Notes: generated by a model not told the origin, from the letters alone. A DNA stretch of 62,954 nucleotides, filler included, from Reclinomonas americana ATCC 50394 (GCA_048213135.1; 11 parts of 7 records of this genome joined end to end with filler, not necessarily neighbours in it), one strand, 5' to 3'. Shown: positions 38,817 to 52,408, numbered from the whole stretch's first letter. Made by a program: numbers and translations.

Positions 38817-40360
38817 TAGTCGTTCTTCTCTCTCTCCNNNNNNNNNNNNNNNNNNNNNNNNNNNNNNNNNNNNNNNNNNNNNNNNNNNNNNNNNNNNNNN
38901 NNNNNNNNNNNNNNNNNNNNNNNNNNNNNNNNNNNNNNNNNNNNNNNNNNNNNNNNNNNNNNNNNNNNNNNNNNNNNNNNNNNNNNNNNNNNNNNNNNNN
39001 NNNNNNNNNNNNNNNNNNNNNNNNNNNNNNNNNNNNNNNNNNNNNNNNNNNNNNNNNNNNNNNNNNNNNNNNNNNNNNNNNNNNNNNNNNNNNNNNNNNN
39101 NNNNNNNNNNNNNNNNNNNNNNNNNNNNNNNNNNNNNNNNNNNNNNNNNNNNNNNNNNNNNNNNNNNNNNNNNNNNNNNNNNNNNNNNNNNNNNNNNNNN
39201 NNNNNNNNNNNNNNNNNNNNNNNNNNNNNNNNNNNNNNNNNNNNNNNNNNNNNNNNNNNNCTTTCTTCTCATTCCCGCTTCGTAGATTGAGCGCGCTCGC
39301 CTGTACCGCGGCCGAGGCGGTGAAGTGGTGCGCGCCTCGGTGTCGCGCTTCATTCAGTGCCTGGCGTTGAGCAAGTTGCCGTTACCGGAGTTCACCGACT
39401 TTGCGAGAGCGCACGGCCCGAAAGCCATTCGTCAAAAGACCGTGTACCGGTGCGTTCATTGTCTCTCTCACTTGAGGTACGCGGTGTTCACGTACGTCAC
39501 TACGCCAGCTTCCAAGCGACACTCGACGAGAATTTCACACACCCGAACGAGGACATTTCACGCGGCGCCGTGGAGGCCTATCGCGCCTTTGCACGCCAGT
39601 ACTACACCGAGTGCTCCGACGAGTTGCTCGCCAAGACCATTCAGTTGTTGCGTCGCAGCGCGTCATGTGTATCGTCTTGCTTGTACATCCTCACCTTCCG
39701 TCACACAGGTTTGCCACGCACACGGATGCGTTTGGCAATCCATCGGCACGCCGCGGCAACCTGCTGGCCATTGGTGCCTCGCCACGAGTGATGCTCGTGC
39801 CGTCGCTGTCCTTCTCCATGGAGACACTGGTGCGCAACGTGCAAGTGGAGAGCGATCCAGAGGTGCAGGATGCCGAGTCGCGTCGCAATGCGGTGGAGGC
39901 GCTGTCGGAGTTGGTGCATGAGGTTGGATTTGGAGGTGATGGTGAGGCAGAGGGAAGGGGGAAGGGGGGAGGGGGGAGAGGGAGAGGGAGAGGGGGAGGG
40001 AGAGGGGGAGGGAGAGGGAAGGGGAGATAAGAGGAAGGCGGGGGTAGTGAGAAAGAAAAGAGTTAGAAAAGAGAGAGAACGAAAAATATTTCATGCGTAC
40101 ATGAGCAGAGAGATCGCAGCGAGAAAGAGAGAGGAACAGAGGTCACCTGGTGAGAGCCAGCGCGCTTTCACCGTCTCCCTTTTCGTCTCCCTCCCCGTCT
40201 ATGTTTTCTTCTTCTTCTTCTTCTTCTTCTTCTTCTTCTTCTTCTTCTTCTTCTTCTTCTNNNNNNNNNNNNNNNNNNNNNNNNNNNNNNNNNNNNNNNN
40301 NNNNTTAATTAATTAANNNNNNNNNNNNNNNNNNNNNNNNNNNNNNNNNNNNNNNNNNNN

Positions 40361-40451
<91 letters not shown>

Positions 40452-42454
40452 ACGTGCGTGTAGTTTGTGTCCATTTCTCTCTCCTCACTTCTTTTTCTGC
40501 CTCGTATACTCCCATTTCATTCTCGCCTTTCCGGTCATTTCCCTCCTCTCACTCTCTCCGTCTCTCTCTTCGTCTTTGATTCCTTCTCTCTCTGTATGCG
40601 TGCGTGAATGTGTCTGCGTTTCCAGCCCATCTCATCACTTTCTTTCGATGTCATATATCCCTCGCCTGCCTTCTTCCCCGTCTCCACCCCTCCGTCTCCC
40701 TCCTGTACTTGTTTCGTCTCTCTTCCCTCAGCGGGCATGTGTGTGCGTGTTTCTTTCTTCTGTTGTTCTTCTGTCTTTCTTCTCTGCCACACCGCCCTTC
40801 GCCTGCCTTCCTCTAATCTCCCGTTGCTTCTCTCGCAGGTCTGTCGACGGAACAAGTGGCGACCGCCGTGTCCACCTTCCTGGTTGGCCTGCGCGACTAC
40901 TGCGTCGACAAGCGCGGCGATGTTGGGTCGTGGGTACGAGAGGCAGCTGTCACCGCATTGCACAAGATTCTGTTGGCGTTGAACGTGCACCATCTGGCGC
41001 ATCCAGGTGAGTTATCCAGTTACTACCCACCTCCGCGAAATCCAGGCGCTCACCATTTCTCCCTTCTCTCTTCTCTCCCTCTCCCTCTCCCTCTTTCTCT
41101 CCCGTCGCTCCCTCTCCCTCTCACTCTCTCACCCTCTCACCCTCTCCCTTTTCTCACTTCTCCTGTCCCTCTCTCTCCCCCTTCTCCCCCTTCTCCTTCT
41201 CCGCTCCCCTTCTCCCATTTCTCCTTCTCCTCTCCCTTCCCCTCATAGACGAAGGCTGGTTGCACCCGCGCATGGTCAGCGACATTCTCAGCGGCATTGT
41301 GCAGCAGGCCTGCGAGAAGATGGACCGCATGCGCGATGCCGCCGGCCGCTGCTTCCAGTCACTCACGTGGCAAATGGAGCCCGACATTGCGTTCTTCCCG
41401 CACTTGGAGGAGGTGCGTCGGCTGGTCCCCAAACCCTTCCAGGACGCCGACTGGTCAGCCGGCGGCTTTACCTACGCGCTGTTTGCGCGCATGATGCGGT
41501 TCGAGGAGTTCCGCCGCTCCGTCCTCACCGGCTTTGTGGTGTCGGTGGGCGGCATGTCGGAACACGTGGTGCGGCATTCATCGGCGGCGCTGGCCACCCA
41601 CATGCGACAAATCGCCAATGACACTCGGGCGCTGCTGGACGTTGTGCGCGGACTGCAGGACGTGATGGTCACGGCAGGTGGCGACGAGCGCGTCGTGGTG
41701 CCCATGTTCAAGACGCTCGACGCCATGCTGGCGGCCGGGTCGTTTGCGCCGCTGCGGGACTCTGATGAAGGGTAGATTCGGGGAGGGAGGATGGAGAGAG
41801 GAAGAAGGGAATGAGGGTCGCTGATGAGGTGGATGTTGCGTTGCAGGCAATCGGCGTTGTTGGAGCTGCTGGATATGGTGCAAAAGGACATTACGGGCTC
41901 ACGCGACATGTCGCGGTTGATGGCGTCGATCAATGTGTTCTGCTACTCGGTGCCGTTCCGCGGCGAGGTGCAAGTGCGTGCCCTGCAACAGCTTCTGGCC
42001 CTGCTGTACAACCGCTTCCCCAAAGTTGCGTGCGCTGCGCTGGCTCGTGAGTTTGCAATTTCATTTGCTGATATCACTGCATCGCAGGTGCGCGCCATGA
42101 CCGCCGAGCACATGTACACGTGCCTTTTGACGTACGAGAGCGAGTTGAAAGACGCCAGCAAGTTGGATCAAGCGCTTGCGGTGCTGACCGACGCGCCGTG
42201 GTGCGTGGCTCTGTTGTGTCCACCCTTTGTGTCTTGCAATGCGTGCTGATCGCGATTGCAGGAGCTCGCGCAACAACGACGAGGTGCTGAAGAACAAGCG
42301 CAATGAGTTGTACCCGCTTCTTGACGTGCCGCAGCCGGCGGCAAAGAGACCCGCAGCCGCCGCTGCTGGTGGTGCGGCTGGGGGTGCCTCGGGAAGCCGC
42401 GGCGCTGGCGGGGATGGCTCGTACAAGGATTTGGTGAGGGAGACGGGCTTCTGA
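35422..42454 (+). CDS. TBCD: Tubulin-specific chaperone D (spans three spacers)
   Basis: [86 protein letters not shown]. Confidence 0.96.
36535..36845. repeat. ~123 bp tandem repeat (about 2.5 copies) in TBCD intron
   Basis: tttcgtccatcgttgtgttgcctggccactggatgcttcactttctcatttccttcccc occurs three times, ending at the acceptor. Confidence 0.88.
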
Positions 42455-42467
42455 AGCGAGAAGGAGA

Positions 42468-42675
42468 AGGAGGACAAAGAGTCTGCTGCGATAAAGTACT
42501 AGAACGAAGTGGCTGAGCAATGTGGAGAGGGATGGTGGAGAAGAAGACGTTGGTGTTTGGGAAAAGTGTGAAAGAGAGAGGACGAAAGAGTCTGCTGCGA
42601 TAAAATACTAGAACGAAGTGGCTGAGCAAGGTGGAGAGGGATGGTGGAGAAGAAGACGTTGGTGTTTGGGAAAAG
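42468..42675. repeat. ~109 bp direct tandem repeat just downstream of the TBCD stop
   Basis: aaagagtctgctgcgataaa...gaagaagacgttggtgtttgggaaaag occurs twice. Confidence 0.85.
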
Positions 42676-43011
42676 CAGACAGGAATATGGCAAGCATGCA
42701 CAACAGAGAGGGATACTTGTGAAACGCTGAGATAACAGAGAAAGATGAAGAGAGATTTGAAGTGCACAGTGATGGAGGGCGTCATGGCGTGGGTGATGCG
42801 AGGATTACAGTGCTGCATGCGCGAAGACATAGGAGAGAGGTGACAGAACTTCGAATGCAAGGAGCGAGAGAGAGGGAGAGAGAGGGAGAGAGTCATGAGT
42901 GATAGTGGGAGGGATTTAATAGAAGAGAGGGATTTATTGATGGTGGTGCAGGCGCAGAGCAAAGGTTGTTTGTTGCGGGCATGTATGTGAAAGGTGGCAC
43001 CGGAGATCTCC

Positions 43012-43819
43012 TTACTCGTCATCCTTCTTGGCGCAGCCGTCGCCAGAGGGCATTTTGACTTCCTTGTCCTCGTGGCCACTGCATGCATATTTGAGAGGGA
43101 GAGTGAGTGCGAGCAGGAGAGCAGAGATCACAGCGAGACAAGGGCAGAGAGATGAAGACCAGCAAAATAGCGAACGATGCGCATAGTGGACAGCGCGCGA
43201 GAAAGCATGTGGCGGAACGTGGAGAAAAGAGAGAATAGGATACAACGGAGAGACAGAGAGCAACACACGAGGAGAGAGCAGCGATGCCACGCAACGGCAG
43301 GTAGCAGTGCACGGCCCAGGCGTGGCCAAAGGGATCGTCGAAGCGGGCATAACTGCGGCAAACAATGGTGAGTAGAGGGGCTGTGTGTTGGCGCGCGACT
43401 GCCGACCGAGCTCACCGAGCATGCCAGAAGGTGTCTGCACAGAACGACGATGAGCAACTCAAAAACGAGGGGCACCTGCAACACCAATCACGCACCCTGC
43501 GGCTCCATGGTGACCTTGGCACCGGCGGCCACGGCCTTGGCTGTCACCACGTCGACATCGGGCGGCGTCGCCACATCGAGGTGGATGGTGATCGAAGTGC
43601 CACCGAGCGCCTTCGGGCCGCGCGTCTTGGCACCGTACTCGGGGAACTCGTCGTGGTAGAAGACGTAGAGTTTCTCCGTGATGCGGACCTCGGCGTGCAT
43701 CACGCGGCCGTCCTCCGAGTTGTGCACGTGCCTGAGGAGCGGAGTGAGGGAGAGAAGAAGGAAGAAGAATGAGGGCGATGTGTGCGTAACTTGGGATCCA
43801 CAGTCGCTCCAAAGGCAGC
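43012..43819 (-). CDS. VOC/glyoxalase, PhnB-like protein (5' exon not located)
   Basis: AAFGA, DGRVMHAEVRI, DEFPE, KAVAAGAKVTMEPQDTFWHARYARFDDPFGHAW. Confidence 0.9.
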
Positions 43820-44239
43820 CTGCGAAGAGGAAGAGAAAGAGAGAGTCGGTGCGCGCGATACAGCACAATATTCGAGCGCAAAACGTCGGTGCTGGCGTCG
43901 CGCTCTTCGAGTGTGTGCTTTCTAGCTATGCACGCACGAATTCGCGTGCATTGTGTACGCCCTCACAGTGTAAACGCACGTGTGAGTGTAGTGAGGCAGA
44001 GAATGAGGGAGTGAATGCATCTTCGAATGCAGGATATCAATCTCCACATCGCTCTCTCTTCGAGTTCGCGTGCATTGTGTACGCTCTCACTGTGTAAGGA
44101 AGCGTGCATGCGTGCGTGAGTGAGTGAGAGAAAGCAATGCAGTCAATAATGCAGTCAATGTTCGTGCGCACTCTCTCATGTCTCTCTCACTTGCTCTCAA
44201 TCTCACTCTCTCAGTGTACAAGAGTGCATGTGTATGTGC

Positions 44240-44275
<36 letters not shown>

Positions 44276-44523
44276 NNNNNNNNNNNNNNNNNNNNNNNNN
44301 NNNNNNNNNNNNNNNNNNNNNNNNNNNNNNNNNNNNNNNNNNNNNNNNNNNNNNNNNNNNNNNNNNNNNNNNNNNNNNNNNNNNNNNNNNNNNNNNNNNN
44401 NNNNNNNNNNNNNNNNNNNNNNNNNNNNNNNNNNNNNNNNNNNNNNNNNNNNNNNNNNNNNNNNNNNNNNNNNNNNNNNNNNNNNNNNNNNNNNNNNNNN
44501 NNNNNNNNNNNNNNNNNNNNNNN

Positions 44524-44593
<70 letters not shown>

Positions 44594-44651
44594 CTTCACT
44601 CACTCACTCACTCACTCACTCACACTCACTCCTTTCTCCCTTCTCTCACAG

Positions 44652-47600
44652 GCCGCTCACCGCCACTGCGCTTCTCCTCTTATGCGCGGCCATTCTTCTG
44701 CCACTGTGTGTCTCTTCATTGTCGACATCGCTCCGTGGCAATCACCAAGATGAAGCTGATGTCAGTGGCAAGAGCGGCATTGAGTGGTCGTCGAACTTGC
44801 CGGTGGTGGTGTTGTTTCAGGAGAAGGGAAAGCCGATTGAGCCGCGGCCGAGTCCAAAGGTCTGTGAATGGAGGGAGGGAGGCAGGGAGAAGAGGGGAAG
44901 AGATGCTTGTGCAGAGTTGTCGAGGCGCAGGTTGTCTGTGGAGGCCGGAAGAGACACACAGAGCGCTGTCTCCTTCTCCTTCGCTGCGACAGACTTGGTT
45001 TTGTTGATGCAGGAGAGTTGAAGGCTTCGGAGACAGAGCATCTTAAAGGAGGGAGGGAGGCAGGGAGAAGAGGGAAAGAGAGACTTGTTCAGAGTTATCG
45101 AGGCGCAGGTTTACTCCTCCTCCGGGAGACAAGACAGCCTTGAGTTTTGGTGCTCCGGAAGAGCACGTGCTGCTGATGCAGGAGAGTTGGAGGCTTGTTG
45201 AGACAGAACGTGTCAAAGGCGGGAGGGAGGGAAGGAGGGAGAAGAGAGAAGAGGGAAAGAGAGGCTTGTGCTGAGTTATCGAGGCGCAGGTTGTCTGTGA
45301 AATCCGGGACTGTCTCCTCTGCTCCCTGGAGAGACAAGACAGTAGTCCTCTGTCTCTCTGCCTCTCTGTAGCTCTCTCCTTTGCTCTCTCACTCTCTGTC
45401 TCTCTTTCACTCTCTATCTCTCTGTCTCTTCCTGTGTTTCTTTCTCTCTTTCTCTCACTGCCATTCTTCTCGGTTTCTCACCCTCCCCTCCCTCTCCTTC
45501 CCTCCCTCTCCTACCCTCCCTCCCTCTCCTACCCTCCCTCCCTCTCCCCTCCCCCTCTCACCCTCCATCCCTTCGCACTCTTCCCCCCTCCCACAGGTCC
45601 CCGCACGGATGGAGGTACACCACGGACCAGGCCGCGTGTCTCCCTTCGACCCACCCAACGACTACTCGGGCTTGACGTCGACTCGTATCCGCGGTCACAT
45701 TTCTCTCATTTATCGTTGCGCCACATCAGTGCTCCACACGTGTCGTGCGTGCGCCTCACAACCCACCCCCGTGCTTGCAGCCAAGCGCTCCATGAGTCTG
45801 ACGTTGACGGACGACAGCGGTGATGGTGCGTCGTTTCCTTTCGTATTCACGCCGGTCGATCGATCGTGCTGACCACACGCTGCAGACGCCAACTATCCAC
45901 TTCTCGGTCTCCCCAAGGAACACGATTTCATCTTCTACGCACCAGTTGCGTGCATTATCCCTTTGAACGGTCACCGGTTTCTCGCACGCTCACTCGCCTT
46001 GCAGTACGTCGACAAGCCAATGATGCGCAACGTGCTTTCTTTCTGGATGTTCAACACCATTGGTCGCTACGCTCGTTGCGTGCTGAGAATATATTGTCTC
46101 TCTATGTGTGTGAGAATATATTGTCTCTCTTCAATTGCCGCACCAGACAATAACATACTCGTTGGTGCAGCTCGCACACAATTTGTTGAAATGTTCATCA
46201 CACCTCCCGGCAACACAACCGTGTCGGTGGACGATTACATGGGGTCAGTTGCACGCGCACACACCCACACACACTATCTCTCTCTTTATCTGTCGATAGA
46301 ACAGTGATCATTCTTGATCACTTGTCACATCTGTGTGGTCTCCTGTTGTCAAGCTTGATGGCGTGACAGCCGCTTCGCGGCCGTCATCACCTGTCTCTCA
46401 ACCTGTATTTATTTTCTGTCTGTTTCGTGTCTTCCTTGTTTTCCTCGAAGCACGTCAGCTGACGCCACTTCTCGGCCGTCGTTCGCATACTCTTGCTTCC
46501 ATGTATCATTATTATGTGTTGGACTAATGCTTTGTTGGTCGTGTCGCTGTGGCTTTCTTGACAGCCGCTTCGCGGCCGTCATCACCAGTCTCTTAACTGC
46601 ATTCATTCTCTGTCTGTTTCGTGCCTTTCTTGCTTCCTCGAAGCCTGAGAGCTGATGCCGGTTTGCGGCCGTCGTCTTCCATGTATCATTTTTTATGTGT
46701 TCGAGTAATGCTTTGTTGGTCGTGTCGCTGTTGTCTTCGTGACAGCCGCTTCGCGGCCGTCATCTTTAGTCTCTTGCTCATTTTCCGCCCCTCTCCTGCA
46801 TTGCACACCTTATTCGTATCCGCACCTGACGTTTGCATGCTCTGTTTCTTCTTGCAGCGTGTACGTGCTGATGGAGAAGATCAAGCGCGACAAGAATCGC
46901 GTCAACATCAAGCAGCTGAGTCCCGGCGACTGCAGCGCCGACAAGATCACCGGCGGCTACATTATCGCGGTGCGTATCTTATGTACAACAGTTACCGTGT
47001 TTCCACAAGCTGATGCGTGGTGCGCAGGTGGACAAGCCAGACCCCGGAGACATGGTGTTTGTCAGCAATAGCGGACAGCACTTTATTCAGCTTGAGCCAA
47101 AAAAGTTCACGCTGTGTCAGGCATGTCCTTGTTGTCGAATGACTGTGCATGTCTTGCCAGGGATACTCACGCGCATTCCCTCTTCAGATGGAGTACATCC
47201 AAGACTATGTGGTACGTCACTGCGCGACCCGCGGGAGATCACCGATCATTGATCTCCTTCCTTCTCGCCGCACATTTGCTTCTCGTGTTATCTCTGCTCT
47301 CTTTGTGTGTTCTTTTCTCTCCGCGGTCTCTCTATCACCTTCTTTCCTTATTGCCTTGCCTTCTCGCTGCGTCAACCCAACTTCTCCTCGGCCTACTTCT
47401 TGTCACGTCTCTCGTTGCTTCCACGCCTTTGCACTCCGGTTTCCTGCTCTCCTCCTTTGTTCTCTTGTTCCATCTCTTTTCTCTCGTCATGCTCGTAATT
47501 CTCAATCTATTCCCCCATGCTCTTCCCCCCATGCTCTTCCCCCATGCTCTTCCCCCATGCTCTTCCCCCATCACTTCCTCCATGCTCTTCCCCCTTGCTC

Positions 47601-48694
47601 TTCCCCCATGCTCTTCCCCCTTTGCTCTTCCCCCTTCTCCTCCCTACCCCTTACCCCTTCTCCTTCTCCTCCATGCAGAACCAATTCGAGGCCGCGCTGT
47701 CCGGCCCCAACTTTGCCGACCCAGACAAGGGCTACGCCGCCTTCCTCGACGTCGACTCCATCATCGACATGTTCCTGCTGATGGAATTCAGCAAGGACGT
47801 GGACGGCTGGCGCGCGAACACCTACATGTCCAAGGACCGCGACGGCAAGCTGGTGGTCGGTCCACCGTGGGACATTGGTGAGCTGTGAAGCAAGGGATGA
47901 TGTGTGCAGCTTGATGGCTCACTTTTTTGTGGGGATGCAGATTTCGCGTGGGGAAACTGCTTGTATTACGACTCGTCGTCAGGTGAGGCCGGCTGAGGCC
48001 AAATGCGATTGCACATTTGGCTTCTCATCCACTTCTATCTTTCAGTGAGCGGCTGGCAGTTCCGCTACCCGTTGCCGGACGACGAGCAGTACCTGGTGCC
48101 GTGGTACTTGAATCGATTGTTCCAGGTATGAGCACGTAAGATGATCGCATGCAGCTGAATACCTACCTGTCTCACCTCATCGTCGCTTCGATATAAAGGA
48201 CCCTGCATTTGGCAAGCGTGTTGCCGCTCGCTGGCACCAGTTGCGCAGCAAGGAGTGGAGCACGAGCGTCATGTTTGCACAGATCGAGTCGTGGGTTGCG
48301 CTGCTTGAGGAGGCACAAACGCGCAACTTTGTGGTGCGTTGGAATCAATATCAGTGGCGCATGCTCCTCTGCAGCTTACGTTTTGTCTTGTGCAGAAATG
48401 GCCCATTCTCGGCGTCGACATTTGGCCTGAGTTGCGTCGCCCTTGTGTCGTCTGGAATCCCCCTTCTTGCGACGATGTTCTAACATTCTGTTGCCGTAAT
48501 TGCAGGCCATTCCCAGGTTCCTTCGCGGCATTGTGTGTGCCTTTACCTTTTTGCACATCACCCACTAATCCTTTGCCGATTTTCTGTGTACAGATCCACC
48601 GACATATCGCGGCGAGGTCGACAAGCTGAAGCTCAACATTCAGCTGCGCGGCCAGTGGATCGATTCGCACATTGACGATTTGGTGGCCACGTGA
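44652..48694 (+). CDS. CotH kinase family protein, probably secreted (start uncertain)
   Basis: Hydrophobic leader, SSNLPVVV, IRGHISLIYPKRS, DKPMMRN, YMGVYVLMEKIKRDKNRVNI, ITGGYII, EFSKDVDG, GPPWDIDFAWGN, LRGQWIDSHI. Confidence 0.9.
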
Positions 48695-48752
48695 GAGAGT
48701 GAGACAAAGAAGGTAGCAAGCTGTAAAATGTGATGTTTTTCTTTCGTTCAGA

Positions 48753-51700
48753 TTACATTTCTGGCGGCGGCGCCTCCTGCTCATCACGCTGTTGACGGCA
48801 TTGATCCAATAGCGCCTTGGCTGCCGCTGTCTCTCGATGCTGTTCGCCACGAACCGCGCGATATCCTGCCTCGCACTCAACCAGCAGCAGCTCCGCTTCG
48901 TCGTACCGCCGCTGGCTCACCAGTACGTTGCCCAGGTAAAACAATGTCGACAGGGTGACCAGGTGCCGGTCGCCGTACAGCTCGCGGCGGCCAATCAGGC
49001 ATTCGCGGTACAACTCGCCAGACTCCGCCAACGACTCCTCGGTGCCATGCTCCGCCAGACAGAGAGCGAGGTTGCTCACGGTAGACAGAGTATTCGGATG
49101 CCGCGAACCGAGAACAGTTCGCATAAGCTGCAAGCAGTCGCGATTCAGCTGAATTTTCTCTCCTAGACGGCTGTCGTCGTGGATGTTTGCGGCGAGGTTG
49201 TTCAGTGAGACCAATGTGTCCGGGTGCGTCTCGCCGAGAATACGTCGCTGCGCATTCCAGCAGCGCCGGTCCAATTCCTCAGCCTCGACATATTGCTCGC
49301 GATCGTAGTGGAAGAACGACTGGTACGAAAGCGTGACCAACAGATCTGGATGGCTCTTGCCCAGCGTCTCCATCTGTCGATCGTAGCATTGCACCAGCAA
49401 CGGCCATTCACCGGACTCGTAGGCGAACCGCATCTGACACCGCAGTGCGTCGATCGTATCCATCACGGACAACGGTTCAACCTCGCGGCGCAACTCATCA
49501 AACAATTGGAACGCACGCCGCCACGCAGCAATACAGTCATTCTTCCACAACAGCACACTGAAGAGCCAGGCTCGACACACAGATGCCGCGATTAGCAACG
49601 GCCTCTGGTCGCGGACCTTCTCCACTTCGGAGATGCTCTGCAAGAGTGTCGTAATCGTCTGCCTGTCAAATCCGCGAGACGCTAGCCGACCGTTGACGGT
49701 GAGCAAAGCGACCCATCCTACGAACTTGCACTGCAGTACCAATGCACTCACTCCAACACTCTCGCTCGACCACAGCGACTCGTCCTCGGCCAGTCGCCGC
49801 CACATCGCATGCAGCACGTGGAGAACATCACGCGACACCAGCAGCACACCGTCACTGTCGTTCCACGAGTCGATGCCGGTCACCGCGCTGCAGATCAACC
49901 GCAACACGAGTCGCTGCGTTCGCGACACCGCCGCACCGCACCGGGCCACCATCCACTGCTCGATCTCGTCGTGAATCAAGCACTCCTCCGCCACATTGCC
50001 CTCGCGAACATGCTCGCCCGCCAACACACGCGCAATGCTATCGCTGCTGCCGCTGACACCCACCGTTACCAGATTCGCCATGCACAGTGCCTGCAACGCT
50101 CCGTCGACTCCATCATCGCCGCCCTCTCGCACCAGCGCATCACGCCGCGCGCACACTTGCTGCTCCTCCTCCTCACTCAGCTCGTCGTACTGACGCCGCT
50201 CGCCCACGAAATCCGGCGCACGACTGCGACGCTGTCGTNNNNNNNNNNNNNNNNNNNNNNNNNNNNNNNNNNNNNNNNNNNNNNNNNNNNNNNNNNNNNN
50301 NNNNNNNNNNNNNNNNNNNNNNNNNNNNGCCAGCTCGTGCATACGAAGACGTCGTACACACTGACCCAGTTCCAGCAGTCGACTCGCCGCCGCCTCGTCT
50401 TCCGCCGCATCATCTGCGCCCGCCGCTGCCGCCGCAGTCACATCCGGAACAACTCGAAGAATCGTCAACGCCACTCGCGCCAGCGCCAGCGTCACTGGCA
50501 GGCCCAGCTGCTTGCACGCCGTGATCAGCATCAGCAGGCGACGAGCTGCCGGTGTCTGCGACATCACATTGCGCTCCAGCAGCTGCGACAGTGCATCACC
50601 ACCAATTCCATACAGTGCCTCCTGCAGTTGCACGCCAGCCAGCTGAGCCGGCGATTGTGATAGCAGCCACCTGCGCAGTGACGTGAGGGCACACACGAAT
50701 GAGAGAGGGAAACGAGAAAGAACATGATCATTCGAAATACTCACCCAACACACGCACTCACGCGCAACGCACTCTTGTGCTGCTGTCCGCTCTCCAACGC
50801 CTCCACAATCTGTCGACGTACATCCTCCGACACGGCATCATGCAGGCGCTCCTCCACCAACTGCACAATATCCTCGTCTTCCACATTCTCCACACGAGCG
50901 CATTCCACCACCGCCTCGTCTCCCATGGCATCGCGAATCGCGTCAGCCACACCAANNNNNNNNNNNNNNNNNNNNNNNNNNNNNNNNNNNNNNNNNNNNT
51001 TAATTAATTAANNNNNNNNNNNNNNNNNNNNNNNNNNNNNNNNNNNNNNNNNNNNGCAAAGCGACTCGTCACCACCACAATCGGAGCCACCATGCCATCT
51101 GTGTGGAGCAGTGAGGGTGAGGGGGAGAGGAGAGGAAGAGAGAGAGAGAGAGAGAGAAACACAGAGTGGAGGCTTCACACTCACCACCAGCGCAGCCAAC
51201 AACATCCATCACTTGTTGCACAGACGCGACATTGTCGAGCACCATTGCTCCACTCGACGCGTGCATCAACTGACGCACGAGACGACGCGCGGGCTCTGCA
51301 TCGCCACCGGCCAGCAGTGCGTCCACTTGAATCGCCATGCGTCGACCCTCCACCTCGTCCGCACGCATCTGCGCCGCCACAAACGCACGCAGACACTCGC
51401 CCAGTGCATTCTCGGCCTGCACACAAGAGTGAGTTCAAGAGAAGCGCGAGAGGAATGTGTCATGACGCACCTTCACGTGCTCCCTCGCGTCGCCAACGTG
51501 ACCACGCATCTCCATCGACACGGCCGAACCGCTCCATCGTTCCGTCGCCTGCAACTCGGTGATAACCAGCTCGGCCAGGAACGACTTGCCAGTGCCACCG
51601 TCGCCCGTCAGCACCACACTAATCGGTCGATGAGCTGCGCTCGAGAGTGAGGGTAGAAAGGAAGGAGGGGAGCGAGCGAGGAGCGGAGAGAATGAACCTT

Positions 51701-52020
51701 GCACGGCGTCCACAATGCGAGTGGCGAGTGAGGCAGCCAGAGCACGCCGACTCGGGAAACGGAATGCAGTCACGGGATTGATGGTGCGGGCGATCAGTGG
51801 ATGTGAGGCTGAGCAGATGAGGGTCAACAACACAGGGAGAGAGAGGGAGATGGGAGAGTTGGATGATTACACTCCCACCTGCAGCAGTGTCATCACTGGC
51901 ATCATGTGCCACAACACTGAGCGGGAAAAATGCACAGAGGTGAGGGTGAGTGTGAGAGCAGAGAGAGGCACATATCACCGCGCTGTGTTCCTCCGCAACT
52001 CTCCACTGCCACTCGCCATG
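48753..52020 (-). CDS. NLR-like STAND NTPase-TPR, copy 2 (spans spacer at 51000)
   Basis: Same exon layout as copy 1: VLTGDGGTGKS, MVLDNV, IVVVTSRF; about 4 TPRs (HPDLL, HPDTLVSLNNLA, HPNTLSTVSNLA, HLVTL); reading frame continues across the spacer. Confidence 0.85.
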
Positions 52021-52332
52021 AGAAGTCCGAACGCACCTCGACACAAGAAGGAAGAGCAAGCACGCTGTCTCGTCACACAGAGTGAACACCCCACTGTACC
52101 ACCAATCGACTGGTAGCGACCTCGGAAGAGCGACGACAACAAGAGACGACGATGACTGTCGTCGGCACACAATGCAACTGCTCCTTCGATGCGCTGCAGC
52201 GACAGGTATCACAACAGCGTGCAAAGTTCTTCTCTCCAACACTCAAGAAGGACGCCGAGTGCAGGACACTTGTAGTCCAGTGATTCGTCTTCAGCATCGC
52301 TCTTCATTCTTGTTTACAGTGTTGCTTGGTGA

Positions 52333-52337
52333 TTACG

Positions 52338-52408
<71 letters not shown>

